DNA from: Vampirovibrionaceae bacterium NZW_1234
Lineage (GTDB): Bacteria > Cyanobacteriota > Vampirovibrionia > Vampirovibrionales > JAGQHJ01
Direction: 5' to 3'
Length of the DNA: 64,000 bases
Assembly (NCBI GenBank): GCA_041697335.1
Contig: JBGUGD010000002.1
Location: 96,001-160,000 of the forward strand
Part shown: in pieces, positions 19,607-30,200 of the stretch
How positions within the stretch are numbered: position 1 is the stretch's first letter
How the letters are laid out: each line of letters starts with the position of its first letter
Notes under the pieces: generated by a model
Told to the model about the DNA's origin: nothing
Databases searched by the model: none
Seen by the model: the letters and a program-made list of their open reading frames with translations, nothing else
Program-made: the position numbers and the translations under genes

Positions 19607-21403
19607 CTATCTTTTACGAATCAGAGTGAAGTTAATCAAACCGTCAGTTTCAGAACGGTCGATCCCGTCAAGGCCAGTAGTATTGATGGTATCAGCCCAG
19701 TTGCTGATGGCGGTGGCTTGACCACCTAAGCCTGCAGCACCGCCGCTGAGATCAACGGTAGAGGTGCCTAAACCGGTAGGCATTTTGGTGCCTTGCAGGA
19801 AGAGAGAACCGCCGGAGCCACCGTTACCACCGTTACCGGCAGTAGCGGTTGCTAAATCAGCTTCTGCAAATGCGTTTTGGCCGTTGCCACCATTGCCACC
19901 CTTGCCTTCAATGATACCGTAGTTGTTGAAGTTGGAGACGTAGCTAAAGGATACGGTTCCACCGTTGCCACCGTTACCACCATCTTTACCCACCGAGTCT
20001 TGTGTTGAGGGTGTGGCAGGAACGGCCGCTGTGCCTGTAGTTTGGCTCACGATAACGGTGTTCGAGCTGATGACTTCGGTGAAGTCCAACTCAATGTTAG
20101 TCCCCTGCTGATTGGGGCGAATTTTGACAAGCAACTTGTTGTTGGCCGAAACAGGCTGGGTCCCGACGCTATTCACAAAGTTAGAATCTAGCGTAAAGGC
20201 AACCTGGGCCGTGGTGTTTCCTGAGAAGGTGTAGTTGTAGGTCCCCAGGGTTGTGGTGCCTTGTTTAAAGACCAGTTGCACTGAAGTGGTACCGTTGTAG
20301 GTGGCTGTTACGGTATAGTCACCCAGATTCAGGCTCCCGTTGAGGGCAGAAAACTGAGGGCCGGAAATGGTGATGGGTGTCCCGGATTGGGCCGAGGTAA
20401 TCACAACAGAGGCCACGGTATTTTCATAGGTACCGAGTTGACCGGTGACGTTTTCGCCCGGAACGGCGGGAGACCCTGGTGTTCCGGGGATTAATTCACC
20501 GATGGCGGTGGTGGTGTAGGTACCACCATTGCCACCATTGACTTGAATTTTGGCGCCTTCGGCCACGGTGGTGGTGTTGGCAGAGTTGAATTCAATACGG
20601 CCACCATTGCCGCCGTTTTGTGCCACAGCATTCGCCGGAGAATCAGCATCTACTGTGTAGCCGTTGCCACCGTTAGCGCTAACGAGGGCGTTAGGGCCAA
20701 CATGGAGATTTTGGCGGGCATTGACCCGAATAAAGCCACCATTGCTTGCGGCTGCATCGGCCAAAGTAACGCCATTGGCTTGAACGATCCCGTCGATGTT
20801 CACCACACCGCCGTTAAGTTCGATGTTGGGGTTGGCTGCGACGAGGGCTGGGCCACCGCTTGCATCCAATGTGGCATTTTGTAAGACTTGGATATTGTTG
20901 CCCGTGCCGGCGGCGTTGACAACAATGCGTCCGCCAACACCGTTAGAGCCGGTGGCTTGGGTCAAGGAGCCAGGGCCAAAAGCGACACCACCCACATTAA
21001 AAGCAATAACGCCACCTTCAGTCCCGTTGGCAGTGATGTTTCCGTTTTGGAACACGTAAGCAGCGTTGATATTGACTTGGCCGCCTTTGCCACCAGCACC
21101 ATTGGCATTCAATTCACCAAGAATGGTGAGAACATTGTTGGGCACGGTAAAGTTGATTTGACCGCCATCAACCCCGTTGACGGCACGGTAGGTTACGCCG
21201 GGTTGCAGGGTGATAGGTGCGTTATTGGAGCTGGTCACGTTAATGACAGATGCGGTTACGTTGGAATTCAAGCTCCCGCCGGTGGTGGCAGCATTGATAT
21301 TAATTTCAGAGGCGAATGCCGAAGGCAGCATCACCATGGGCAAGCTGAGGGCAACGACGGCAGAGGCCGCTTTGTACAGAAAATTGATGGGGGAATTTAC
21401 CAT
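19607..21403 (-). CDS. Secreted Gly/Asn-rich beta-helical protein, TpsA/adhesin-like
   Basis: Sec signal peptide ending SAFA; repeated GGxI/VxIxA and GGNGG rungs; AGGAG RBS; adjacent to a TpsB gene. Confidence 0.75.
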   Translation of the reverse strand: MVNSPINFLYKAASAVVALSLPMVMLPSAFASEININAATTGGSLNSNVTASVINVTSSNNAPITLQPGVTYRAVNGVDGGQINFTVPNNVLTILGELNANGAGGKGGQVNINAAYVFQNGNITANGTEGGVIAFNVGGVAFGPGSLTQATGSNGVGGRIVVNAAGTGNNIQVLQNATLDASGGPALVAANPNIELNGGVVNIDGIVQANGVTLADAAASNGGFIRVNARQNLHVGPNALVSANGGNGYTVDADSPANAVAQNGGNGGRIEFNSANTTTVAEGAKIQVNGGNGGTYTTTAIGELIPGTPGSPAVPGENVTGQLGTYENTVASVVITSAQSGTPITISGPQFSALNGSLNLGDYTVTATYNGTTSVQLVFKQGTTTLGTYNYTFSGNTTAQVAFTLDSNFVNSVGTQPVSANNKLLVKIRPNQQGTNIELDFTEVISSNTVIVSQTTGTAAVPATPSTQDSVGKDGGNGGNGGTVSFSYVSNFNNYGIIEGKGGNGGNGQNAFAEADLATATAGNGGNGGSGGSLFLQGTKMPTGLGTSTVDLSGGAAGLGGQATAISNWADTINTTGLDGIDRSETDGLINFTLIRKR

Positions 21404-21800
21404 GAATGAATAACTCCTAGAGGTTGATTCCGTAAGTAATAATGAGGGTAGGGGTCGTCTTGTTTAAAAAAATAAGGGTGAAAAACTGATGGAGAGGTGG
21501 TTAAGACTCCACAACAGTGACTTTTTTGATAGGTACTATCATCTCACTCAGTTAAGCCGAAAGGAAGGCTTATTGCAACCCTGAGAACACTTGTGAATTT
21601 GGGTAATTTGAGCCGCTCTTCGGGATAACGCTCAAAAGAGTGTTGTTAAATATTTTTTTTGTGGATTCTTTGTAGAAAGCTTCCCGGCTTGGTTTTTATT
21701 TCAGTGCATCGAATCGTCTTTGTTGTGACATAAGTCGCTCTTGCATTTTTGGTGAGGCTCCTTCATTCTTTTTAATAATGATGATTTACTGACAATTGCC

Positions 21801-23546
21801 ATGCCTTCTTTTGTAATGCTTTTTAAACCCAAATACCGGTTTATGCTGGTCTCGGGGGTTGTAAGCGCCTCTGTTTTTTTAGTCGCAAACGTGTCGATAT
21901 GGGCACAAGTTCCTACTCAGGCTAATCCGGGTGTTTTGCTGCCTGCACCTACTGTGCAGGTGCGTCAAGAGCAGCAGCAGACCCAATCAAAGTCACTACC
22001 TTCAACACAAAACACGCCAGAAAAAACAACGTTGGATCGGCCGGACGATTTATCTTCCGTGGCCATTCCTGAGGTCCGGTTTTACCTGGACAAACTGATG
22101 GTTGAGGGCAGTACGCTTCTGTCATCAAAAGATTTGGAAGCACTGATGGCGCCCTATGAGAAGCGAGAAGTTACTTTTGACGATCTGAATCAGGCAGCGG
22201 CCAAGTTGCGGGCGTATTATCACGACAAAGGGTATTTCACCACCTATGTATTTATTCCCCCCCAGGACGTGGATGACGGGATCCTTCGTATCAAGGTCCT
22301 GGAAGGCCGCCTTGGGAAGCTATCAGTAGACAAGAATCGATATTATCGGGATTTTGTCGTTACACGACAGTTTCGGGCCAAGGCGGGCCAATTGTTTAAT
22401 TACAAAACCTTTGAAGAGGATATTAATTTAGCCAATCAACTGGCTCCGTACCAGGTGAAGGCTGTTCTGAATAAAGGAGAGCATTCTGGAGAAACCGACA
22501 TTACGCTCAATGTGGTTGATAAGCAGCCATGGCAAATTTCGTTAACCGGCGATAACCAAGGACGCCCCTTTATTGGGATGTATCGCGGCGGCGTTGATGT
22601 TACCAATCAAAGTTTGCTGGGACTGGGTGATCGCCTTTTTACCCGGTATTATGGGGCCTCCGGAACACAAGTGGTGATGGGATCCTACAGTGTTCCAGTT
22701 AACCGTTTTGGTGATGAGGTTAGTGTTAACTACAGTTACAGCCATGTTGATGTTGACTTAGGCTTGAATGTTCCCCAACAACCCATTGTAGGGACCGCGA
22801 AAAGCTATGGCATCGCTTATTCTCACCCTCTCAATAAAAAACGTTCGCTGGTGTCCGATATCGGGCTCAATCTGCGGACGATTGATTCCCGGGTTGATAG
22901 TACACGCGTTAGCCATGACGAAATTCGAACCCTTCAGGCCGGAATCTCGTTTAATGAATCCGATCGCCTGGGCCGAACATCGGGGCGTTTGCAGCAGACG
23001 GTGGGCATCGGGTTTTTGGGCGGAAACCGGCAATTTTTCAAGTCTGAAGCCATGGTCACCCGCTTATTGCGACTTTCTGAATCAAATACCTTGATTTTAA
23101 AAGGCTATGGCCAGCTGACACCCGATGCGCTGCCCACCGCCGAAGCCTTTCAGATTGGCGGCGCTTACAGTGTTCGAGGCTATACAGAGGGGCTGTTGAT
23201 TGCAGATCGGGGATTTTCGTTCAGTGCGGAAGATCGGTTTCCCATTCCATTTTTAAGCCGCATATCCCCCAAGATGAACAATCGGTTACAAGGCGCAGCC
23301 TTTTTTGATGTGGGGCGGGTGTGGCTGGATTCCAGCAACTCCCGTTTCGGTGCAGCATCGAATCAGGCGAAGAATTCACTTCTAATGAGTGTCGGTGTTG
23401 GCGTTCGTGCTCGACTGACCCGCTTTGTTCAGGGCTTTGCCGATTTGGGGGTGGGTTTAGGGGACAGAAACGGCGTAACCCGTCCCAACGGCGATCCGAC
23501 GGTACGGCTTCACTTTGGGCTTCGTTCCAACCTGCTGCCTGAATAA
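21801..23546 (+). CDS. ShlB/FhaC/HecB-family two-partner secretion transporter (TpsB)
   Basis: POTRA (VEGSTLLS...YHDKGYFTTYVFIPPQDVDDGILRIKVLEGRLG), barrel motif FQIGGAYSVRGY, AAFFDVG. Confidence 0.92.
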   Translation: MPSFVMLFKPKYRFMLVSGVVSASVFLVANVSIWAQVPTQANPGVLLPAPTVQVRQEQQQTQSKSLPSTQNTPEKTTLDRPDDLSSVAIPEVRFYLDKLMVEGSTLLSSKDLEALMAPYEKREVTFDDLNQAAAKLRAYYHDKGYFTTYVFIPPQDVDDGILRIKVLEGRLGKLSVDKNRYYRDFVVTRQFRAKAGQLFNYKTFEEDINLANQLAPYQVKAVLNKGEHSGETDITLNVVDKQPWQISLTGDNQGRPFIGMYRGGVDVTNQSLLGLGDRLFTRYYGASGTQVVMGSYSVPVNRFGDEVSVNYSYSHVDVDLGLNVPQQPIVGTAKSYGIAYSHPLNKKRSLVSDIGLNLRTIDSRVDSTRVSHDEIRTLQAGISFNESDRLGRTSGRLQQTVGIGFLGGNRQFFKSEAMVTRLLRLSESNTLILKGYGQLTPDALPTAEAFQIGGAYSVRGYTEGLLIADRGFSFSAEDRFPIPFLSRISPKMNNRLQGAAFFDVGRVWLDSSNSRFGAASNQAKNSLLMSVGVGVRARLTRFVQGFADLGVGLGDRNGVTRPNGDPTVRLHFGLRSNLLPE

Positions 23547-23686
23547 TTCGCGCATCACCCGGTATTTTCTTAAAAAGTGGGTAGCAACATTTTTCTTAAG
23601 ATTGTTTTTATATTTATAAGGTTATATGTGTATCGTTCATGCCCCATAGGATGGGCATGCTGAGTTAGGAGGCATTTGCCGAGCGT

Positions 23687-24166
23687 ATGAATGTGACAGC
23701 CAAGACAACCGATGTGCCGAGAACCAATTCGGCACCGCTGAGCAAGCCGGTCGAATCCAAGTCAACCTCTGCTCAAGGGTCCGGGACGGCCAAGGCGACG
23801 ACCTCAGCAACCACGACTCCGCAAAGTCGGGAAGAGCGCATTAAGGATTTGGAATCTCAAATCGATAAGATGAAGTCGACGCTGGAATCCTTCAAATCCT
23901 TGGCCGCTAAGCAAACACAAGCGCCTAAGCCTGCACAGGGCCAATCATTGCAATCTGGAAATGCACTATCGTCCTTGCTACCATTTTCGAACTTGTCCTT
24001 CTCCTCGAATCAGCGGCAGCCCTCGCTGTTTAATCCGGAGAATGCCGGTGGTTTCCAGGTGGATCCCTTCTTTTTGCAGTCCAAGCCCAATCCTTTTGGG
24101 GCCGGTGAGAGTCTGATTGTTCAGGTTCTGCCCTATGGTGTTGAGCCTTCCGGTGGCGGCGAATAA
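23687..24166 (+). CDS. Hypothetical Ser/Thr-rich protein with short coiled coil
   Basis: Strong AGGAGG RBS; 159-aa ORF. Confidence 0.7.
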   Translation: MNVTAKTTDVPRTNSAPLSKPVESKSTSAQGSGTAKATTSATTTPQSREERIKDLESQIDKMKSTLESFKSLAAKQTQAPKPAQGQSLQSGNALSSLLPFSNLSFSSNQRQPSLFNPENAGGFQVDPFFLQSKPNPFGAGESLIVQVLPYGVEPSGGGE

Positions 24167-24286
24167 TTGGATTGTTGAAACCGCCTGACATGCGCAGCGG
24201 GCAGCGACGTTACAAAGTGTAACAGTTTTTGTACCTGATATCTTCAAGGATAGTCAGGGATGTGTTTTTGCGGTAATCTGCATTTT

Positions 24287-24475
24287 GGTAAGTAGAGGTG
24301 CAGTTTCCAAGAGTATGCTTATCCCAGACGGTTGAACGTCGTAACGAGGGTAAGACGAAAGGGGAAACCTGCCGAAACGATAAGCCCATTCAACGGGGTG
24401 CATCGTTGGTCGATGAGGCTAAATCCTCCCGACTGTCTTGAAAGACTTCCGGGTCTTTCAAGGAGCGCTATTGCC
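24287..24475 (+). ncRNA. Lysine riboswitch (L-box)
   Basis: Conserved elements in order: AGAGGTGC, AAGAGTA, GAAAGG, GCCGAAA, TTGG, GACTGTC, GGAGCGCTA. L2/L3 kissing complement gttgaa/ttcaac; P5 ttgaaagac/gtctttcaa; P1 ggtaa-tag/ctattgcc. Confidence 0.9.
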
Positions 24476-24572
24476 ACCGGTAGGACTTTTTCTCAGGGTC
24501 CTTGTGAACGGTGAAGGCGTTTTACTTGCCTTCAGAGTCCCCCCTCAACCGTTCCCCTGATAGGTCCCGCTG

Positions 24573-26510
24573 ATGTCCCTCGACATTTCTCCAGCACCAA
24601 TCCGAATGACTCCCCCTCGGGTGTCGGGTGTTGTGGTGCCACCGCAACATTCAGGGCAACAGCATCGCCAGGTGTCTTCGCCGCGTTTTGGCAACGGGCT
24701 GATGAACGGGGCGGATCGCTTTGTCAGTTGGTTTGTGCGGAATTTATACGATCGGGGGGAAGGGTTTCGGTATCTCGTTGAGCAGACCTTGGGCTATACG
24801 GCTCCCCGCACGATTCAGCAATTAAACCGCACTCGCTCCATTACGGGTAAAGGCAATGAAATGGCTGCCCAGGAAATGTTGATTCGGGACTTGGCTGCCG
24901 ATTTCACCGATACCATCCTGCCAGGACTGATTGCCACGTTCGGTGTTGGCTGGGTCATGGATCGGATGGGTAAAACTCTGTTGCAACGTAATATGGGGCA
25001 TGATGCGCTGGCTTTTTATCAGCATATGGCCCGGGGTGCCAAAGGCGCCGCTGTCAGCCAAGCCGAGTTTTATCAGGGCATTGAAACCCGACTCACCGAC
25101 TTTGCCAAAGCCTCGAAGGCCACACCGGCAAAAGCGTTGAATTTGAAAGCGCTCATCAACGAGATGCGCAGCAGCAAGCATATTGAGGATGTGGAAAAAA
25201 CCATCGCCACGCGTTTAGGCCTGAGCCACTATGACGTTAAACTGGCCTATGGCAATAAGAAGCATTTGGAATTGCCCTTGCGGGATTTGGTCAAAGATCT
25301 GTGGCATATTCGCCAAGGCGTAAAAACGTCCAATGTCGGCAATGCCTGGGGCAAAGAAGCGCTCGCCATGGTCCAAAAAACGGCCGGTAAAATGAAGTGG
25401 CAAATGCTTGGCAATGTGGCGGCATTGGTGGCCAGTATCAGCATTCCCTTTGTTGTGCGACTCATTACAAAACGCGTCTATGGCAAAGATGCATTTCCGG
25501 GGACCAAGGAATTGGAAGAGCACTTTAAAACCCCTGAGGCAAAGAAAGCCCAGGATTCCAAGCGATTTGTCTGGTTTCCCTATCTTCAGGAGACCCTGAA
25601 AAACGGTAACTGGACACCGCTGGCCATCACGGCTGGGTTTTTTGCCGTTCTGGGTGGTGTGGTGCTGCGCCGGTTTCATTTGGCCAAAGGCAGCATCTTC
25701 CGATTTAAAGACTGGGTCAAAGTCTATGAGTTTCAGCGTCACTTTCCGTTTACCACCGTGACCCAGATGGAGCTGACCTATGGACTGTTATGCGGCATGC
25801 GTCTTGCAGCCAGCCGGGATCAGGCCGAGTTTCGTGAAACGGCAATCCGTGACTGTCTCCTGGGTTGGCCCACGTTGACCTACTTCTTCCCGATGTTTCG
25901 CAAGTTCTTAAGCCAGCAGTTTAACCAGCGCTTTTTGACCAAAAAGTTTCGCACCCCCAATTTGCTCATCAAGCCTAATGGCGAGGTTCGAGGCAGTCAT
26001 GAAATGACCCCGGAATTATTTAAAACCATGGGGCTGGGAGCAAAAGCAAGCACTGCCGTTCAGTCTGCCAAAAAATATCAATCCTGGATTACGTTTATTT
26101 CAGCGCTGACATCGTGGGTGATGTTGGCCTTTGCGGAGCCTCAGTTGGGTATTTGGCTCACCAACTCATTGGAGTTGCGGCGCTTAAAAGGGCTGTCGCA
26201 GCAGAAAGGGCAGGAAGCATCAACAGCAACTTCCCAGAGCCAAGAGAATCAGGAACCGCTTGAAGGATCAAAGCCATCTCATGCATCCCAACGTTGGGCG
26301 ACCGAATCACTGGCTGAGCTGGACCACCATCAGCCCGCAGTGATGTCCATGCCTGCCATAACGCCACTTCAGTCTGCTTATGAAGCCAACACAAATGGCT
26401 ATTCGATTTATCCTGCAGGTAATTGGGCTTCTGCCTGGAATGGTTGGCAGCCCATTCCTTATACCCCTGCAGCATATTCCCAGGCCTCGTATCCACATTA
26501 CGCATCATAA
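24573..26510 (+). CDS. Hypothetical multi-pass membrane protein downstream of the lysine riboswitch; N-terminal PRFG motif
   Basis: 645-aa ORF with several hydrophobic helices and disordered termini. Confidence 0.85.
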   Translation: MSLDISPAPIRMTPPRVSGVVVPPQHSGQQHRQVSSPRFGNGLMNGADRFVSWFVRNLYDRGEGFRYLVEQTLGYTAPRTIQQLNRTRSITGKGNEMAAQEMLIRDLAADFTDTILPGLIATFGVGWVMDRMGKTLLQRNMGHDALAFYQHMARGAKGAAVSQAEFYQGIETRLTDFAKASKATPAKALNLKALINEMRSSKHIEDVEKTIATRLGLSHYDVKLAYGNKKHLELPLRDLVKDLWHIRQGVKTSNVGNAWGKEALAMVQKTAGKMKWQMLGNVAALVASISIPFVVRLITKRVYGKDAFPGTKELEEHFKTPEAKKAQDSKRFVWFPYLQETLKNGNWTPLAITAGFFAVLGGVVLRRFHLAKGSIFRFKDWVKVYEFQRHFPFTTVTQMELTYGLLCGMRLAASRDQAEFRETAIRDCLLGWPTLTYFFPMFRKFLSQQFNQRFLTKKFRTPNLLIKPNGEVRGSHEMTPELFKTMGLGAKASTAVQSAKKYQSWITFISALTSWVMLAFAEPQLGIWLTNSLELRRLKGLSQQKGQEASTATSQSQENQEPLEGSKPSHASQRWATESLAELDHHQPAVMSMPAITPLQSAYEANTNGYSIYPAGNWASAWNGWQPIPYTPAAYSQASYPHYAS

Positions 26511-26787
26511 AGGTTTCTAACGAATGCGTTGATTCAAAAACTCTTGCTTCAATTGGATTAAGATTAGGAGCAAGCTCAAGAATATGGTCACATCATCCTA
26601 TTGGGAATTGTATGCCATAACAAACATTTTAAATTCGGGCAAGCCCCTCCGGTCTAGGTTCAAGATTCAGACTGGAGTTTGATCCAAGACACCGATTTGA
26701 AGTGTTACAGTATTAACATACAAGCCCAACCCCCCTGGCCCCGTGCCTAAGATAGAGAAGAAGACGTAAGAGAAGGGAGAGGAATCA

Positions 26788-27000
26788 ATGACACCTGCTG
26801 CTTTTTCACAGTACCAAACGAATCGTGATCTGGAACGCCAGGTCTATGACTGTGTCATGCAAGGCCTCACCTGTGATGGTATTGCCCAAAGGCTTCAATT
26901 GGACCCCGTTTTAACCCGTCAGCTGGTCAACCATATCCTGGCCAAACTGTGCCTGGATACGGGTGTGAAACAAGCGTTGACATCCCTTTGGGCCTATTAA
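26788..27000 (+). CDS. Small stand-alone LuxR-like HTH protein
   Basis: ERQVYDCVMQGLTCDGIAQRLQL...VNHILAKL fits the LuxR HTH pattern; GGAGAGG RBS. Confidence 0.65.
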   Translation: MTPAAFSQYQTNRDLERQVYDCVMQGLTCDGIAQRLQLDPVLTRQLVNHILAKLCLDTGVKQALTSLWAY

Positions 27001-27065
27001 CTTTAAACCCGGTAGACACACAACACTCATTCTCTCAGTAGACACATCAACCTCATCCAGAATCC

Positions 27066-27097
27066 CGCAAAGACCTGACCGTCTTTGCGTTTTTTTT
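27066..27097 (+). terminator. Intrinsic terminator
   Basis: cgcaaagac-ctgacc-gtctttgcg followed by a T run. Confidence 0.85.
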
Positions 27098-27271
27098 GGA
27101 AGGCCTTTAAATTGGGGGGCTTTAAAAATGCGTCAAGGCTGTCGTTGTTTTTAGCTGTTAATGATTCTTTAACGCACCGATCTTTTAGATTTTGACTTTA
27201 TATACATGTGTGTGTAGTCCTTCGATGTAGCTGCCTGAGGTGGCTACGGTGATTCGCTATGGAGTTGTGGT

Positions 27272-30200
27272 ATGTTGAATGATTTTCTGGCGTCGACGTT
27301 GCCCTTGAAAACGGAAAAGCGGAGTCGGGATGGCGTGGTGGATCTGTCGATCCGCCCGAGAAAAGATTCTTCAACACTCGATTTATTAGCGCTGGGTATG
27401 GATTCCCCTATGGATGAAGCTGACACGGGCTTTTCCGGTGGTGGTATTCCCACTCTGCCGGAGGATAAACCGCGTACTTCACGTCGAGGTGTAATGCCCT
27501 GGGTGGCTCGTAATTATAATAATGCCTTGGTGTCGAATGGGCCGGTCATGTTTGTTAATAATGTTCCTGCCGATGACAAACCCCAGAAAACCAAGCCGCA
27601 AGTGCAACGGGAATTTCTGCAAAACATTTATCAGGTTATTGGTATCTGGAATCGGCGGATTGCTGCTCTTGAAAATCATATTGAGACAGTGATGCCTGGA
27701 AAAATTAAGGTAGCACAGGCCAGAGTAACTGAACTATCAAAAGATGCCGACTTTGTGGCGTTTCCTGCACGTATGAAAAAACTGCAGGACATTGATGAGC
27801 AGATTGCAGCTCTCATGGAAGAGGCCTCTGGGCTTCGAGAGAAACAGGTCACCGATGGCCTTGGGTCGGGTAAAAGTAAAAATCAGATCCGTCGCGAAGA
27901 GATTCAAAAAGAAGTTCTGGAGCTTCAGGTAAAGCGCCGTAAGCTTTGGCCAGATGTCATTAAAAGCCAACAGGCCATGATCAATGTTGAAAAAGCAAAA
28001 CAGGATGTTAAAGATTTGGAATCCCAGATTCCCTATTTTAAAAAGGATCTGGAGGTTTACAAGAAAGCCGTTGAGGAATTAGGTACAGCTGAAAAAGGCA
28101 AGCTCAAGCTCAAGGGTAATCCATTTAAGATGGATAAAGTGGATCAGGAGGTCCTGGATGTCATCAATAATTTTGCCAAGAACAGCAAACGCTATGATCC
28201 CAGTGAACTCCTTGAAGCCTTGGCTGGCAAAGGAATTCTGAGCGATTCTCACAATCTTTATGTTCGCTATCTGCGAGGAAGCACGATTTCAGATCGTGAT
28301 ATTGCGTTAAACGGTGTTCACGATCACAAACGGGCAGGTGAGCTGCGTATCCGTAGCTTGGAAGCCGATTTGAAAACCTTGCAGCGGCGTCAGGCTAATG
28401 ACGAAACAGATTTGGCGATTCCCAAGGGCATTAAAAAAGACGGCTCCATTCCCATGACGGAAGCTGAGCTAGAGGCACTTGAGGAGATGGCCAGTGTTTA
28501 TGTGAACTTGATTGCTCTCTATAAGTTCAATCCCATCCACGGCAGTATCCTGATGGCGGACTTGTGGGATATGAACAGCCGTATGATGAATGGGAACCCT
28601 TCAACCAATATGCTCAAGCTTTTTGGTGAAGCGGTGAAAGACTATGCCAAATCCGGTAAGGTCGTGGAAGATGCGGCCGAAGGATTCATTATGGGGTTGG
28701 TCTTTCGCGGTGCGGCTGCCGTTGTCGGCGGTCCTGTTGTGGCGGTTGTGGGTGCCATTATGATGGCGGTTATGGCGGGTGGCCTCCGTAACAAGCTTGA
28801 ATCCATTATCAATATGACCCGAAACGTGGATGACACGATTCTGGATGGCGATAGTGACGAGGTTAAAAAGAAGAAAAACGACCTCTTTACCCAACGCCAG
28901 GCCAAGGCTATGAAAGAGTTTATGCAGCACGATGTGATTCCGATTCTGCCGCAGTTGCTGGGTGGCCTGGGTGCCGGAAAGATTGGTGCCAAAGGAAAAA
29001 GCCCGGTTCTTGCCGATGCGAGCCGTCGTGCCAACTTTGCAGGCGAGAAAGCCAAAATTGCTCGGGGGCGGGCAACAGCGCTTGAGGCTGAGGCCGCTCG
29101 TGCAAAACGACTGGCTGATACCTCGAAAAGTCCGCAGGATATTGCTCGTGCCAACCGACTCGCTGAAATTGCCGAACGTCTGAAAAAGGCTGCCACGGAA
29201 GCAGAAACCAAGGCGGCGGATGCCAAGTCCAAGTTGCCGGAATTGGCGGAAGCTGTTAAAGAAGCTGAAAAGGCTACAAAAGAATATATGCGGGCCAAAA
29301 AATCGGGCAACAGGCCTGCCCTGGAAGCGGCTGAAGCCAAGCTGAAAGCGGCTATGGAAAAGGTGCAGCGTCTCCAGGATACGGTCGGCAGAAACAATAA
29401 AGTGCGGGCAATTGACGAAGCCCAACTTTCCGAGGGCAATATTGATATTCGTGCCAAAAACCAGAAACCGATGAGTTTATCCGAGGCGCCGCCCGATTCT
29501 CCGATGCGGACGGCCATGGAAAAAGCCGGTTTGTCTGAAGAGCAGGCCAAATTGATTGATCTCGAGTTTATTAGCTCAAACGAATCACCTTCATGCCAAA
29601 TGAAAAGTGATCGAATCAAAATCAAGCTGCCCAAGAACCCTGATGGAACGGTTCGGATTACGGATCTGGCGCATGAGCTGGCGGAAGCCAAAATGCGGCT
29701 TGAGGCTAAGACAAATCCCAAACTTGCGACGCAATTGGCTGAGGCTGAGCGCTTGGCGAAACGATACCAGGATGCTCAAAAAGCTTACCGGGAGGCCTTA
29801 GAAGAAGTGGGCAATCCAGAGGCTGTTCCTGAAAATATTCGTCAACAACTGGCGGAGGCTCGTTTTGCTTATGAAAACAGCCCCACGGAACTTCGGGCCA
29901 GAGCCGTCGAAATGGAGGCCTTGTCCAAACATGCTGAAAAATCATTTGATGCCACAGGGGGTGTCGATGAAAATCTACTCAACCTAACGGCCGAAGCCGG
30001 TGAGCAGGCTGCCAATTTAAAAACACGCCAACGGGCCATGGAACGATTCCGAGACGCCAGATCCGTTGAGGCTTTAGAAGCCGCTGAAGCCGAATTAACC
30101 AATGCCGGATACACGGATACGGAATTAGGGTTGCTCAGGACCTTAAAGGGCCTGCGCTCGGGTCTGATGTTCCCTGCCAATGCTACCGGGCCTCAAATTG

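Noticed and set aside
24332..24514. 60-aa ORF, c-di-GMP riboswitch or group II intron fragment
   Set aside because: The region is fully explained by the lysine riboswitch consensus.
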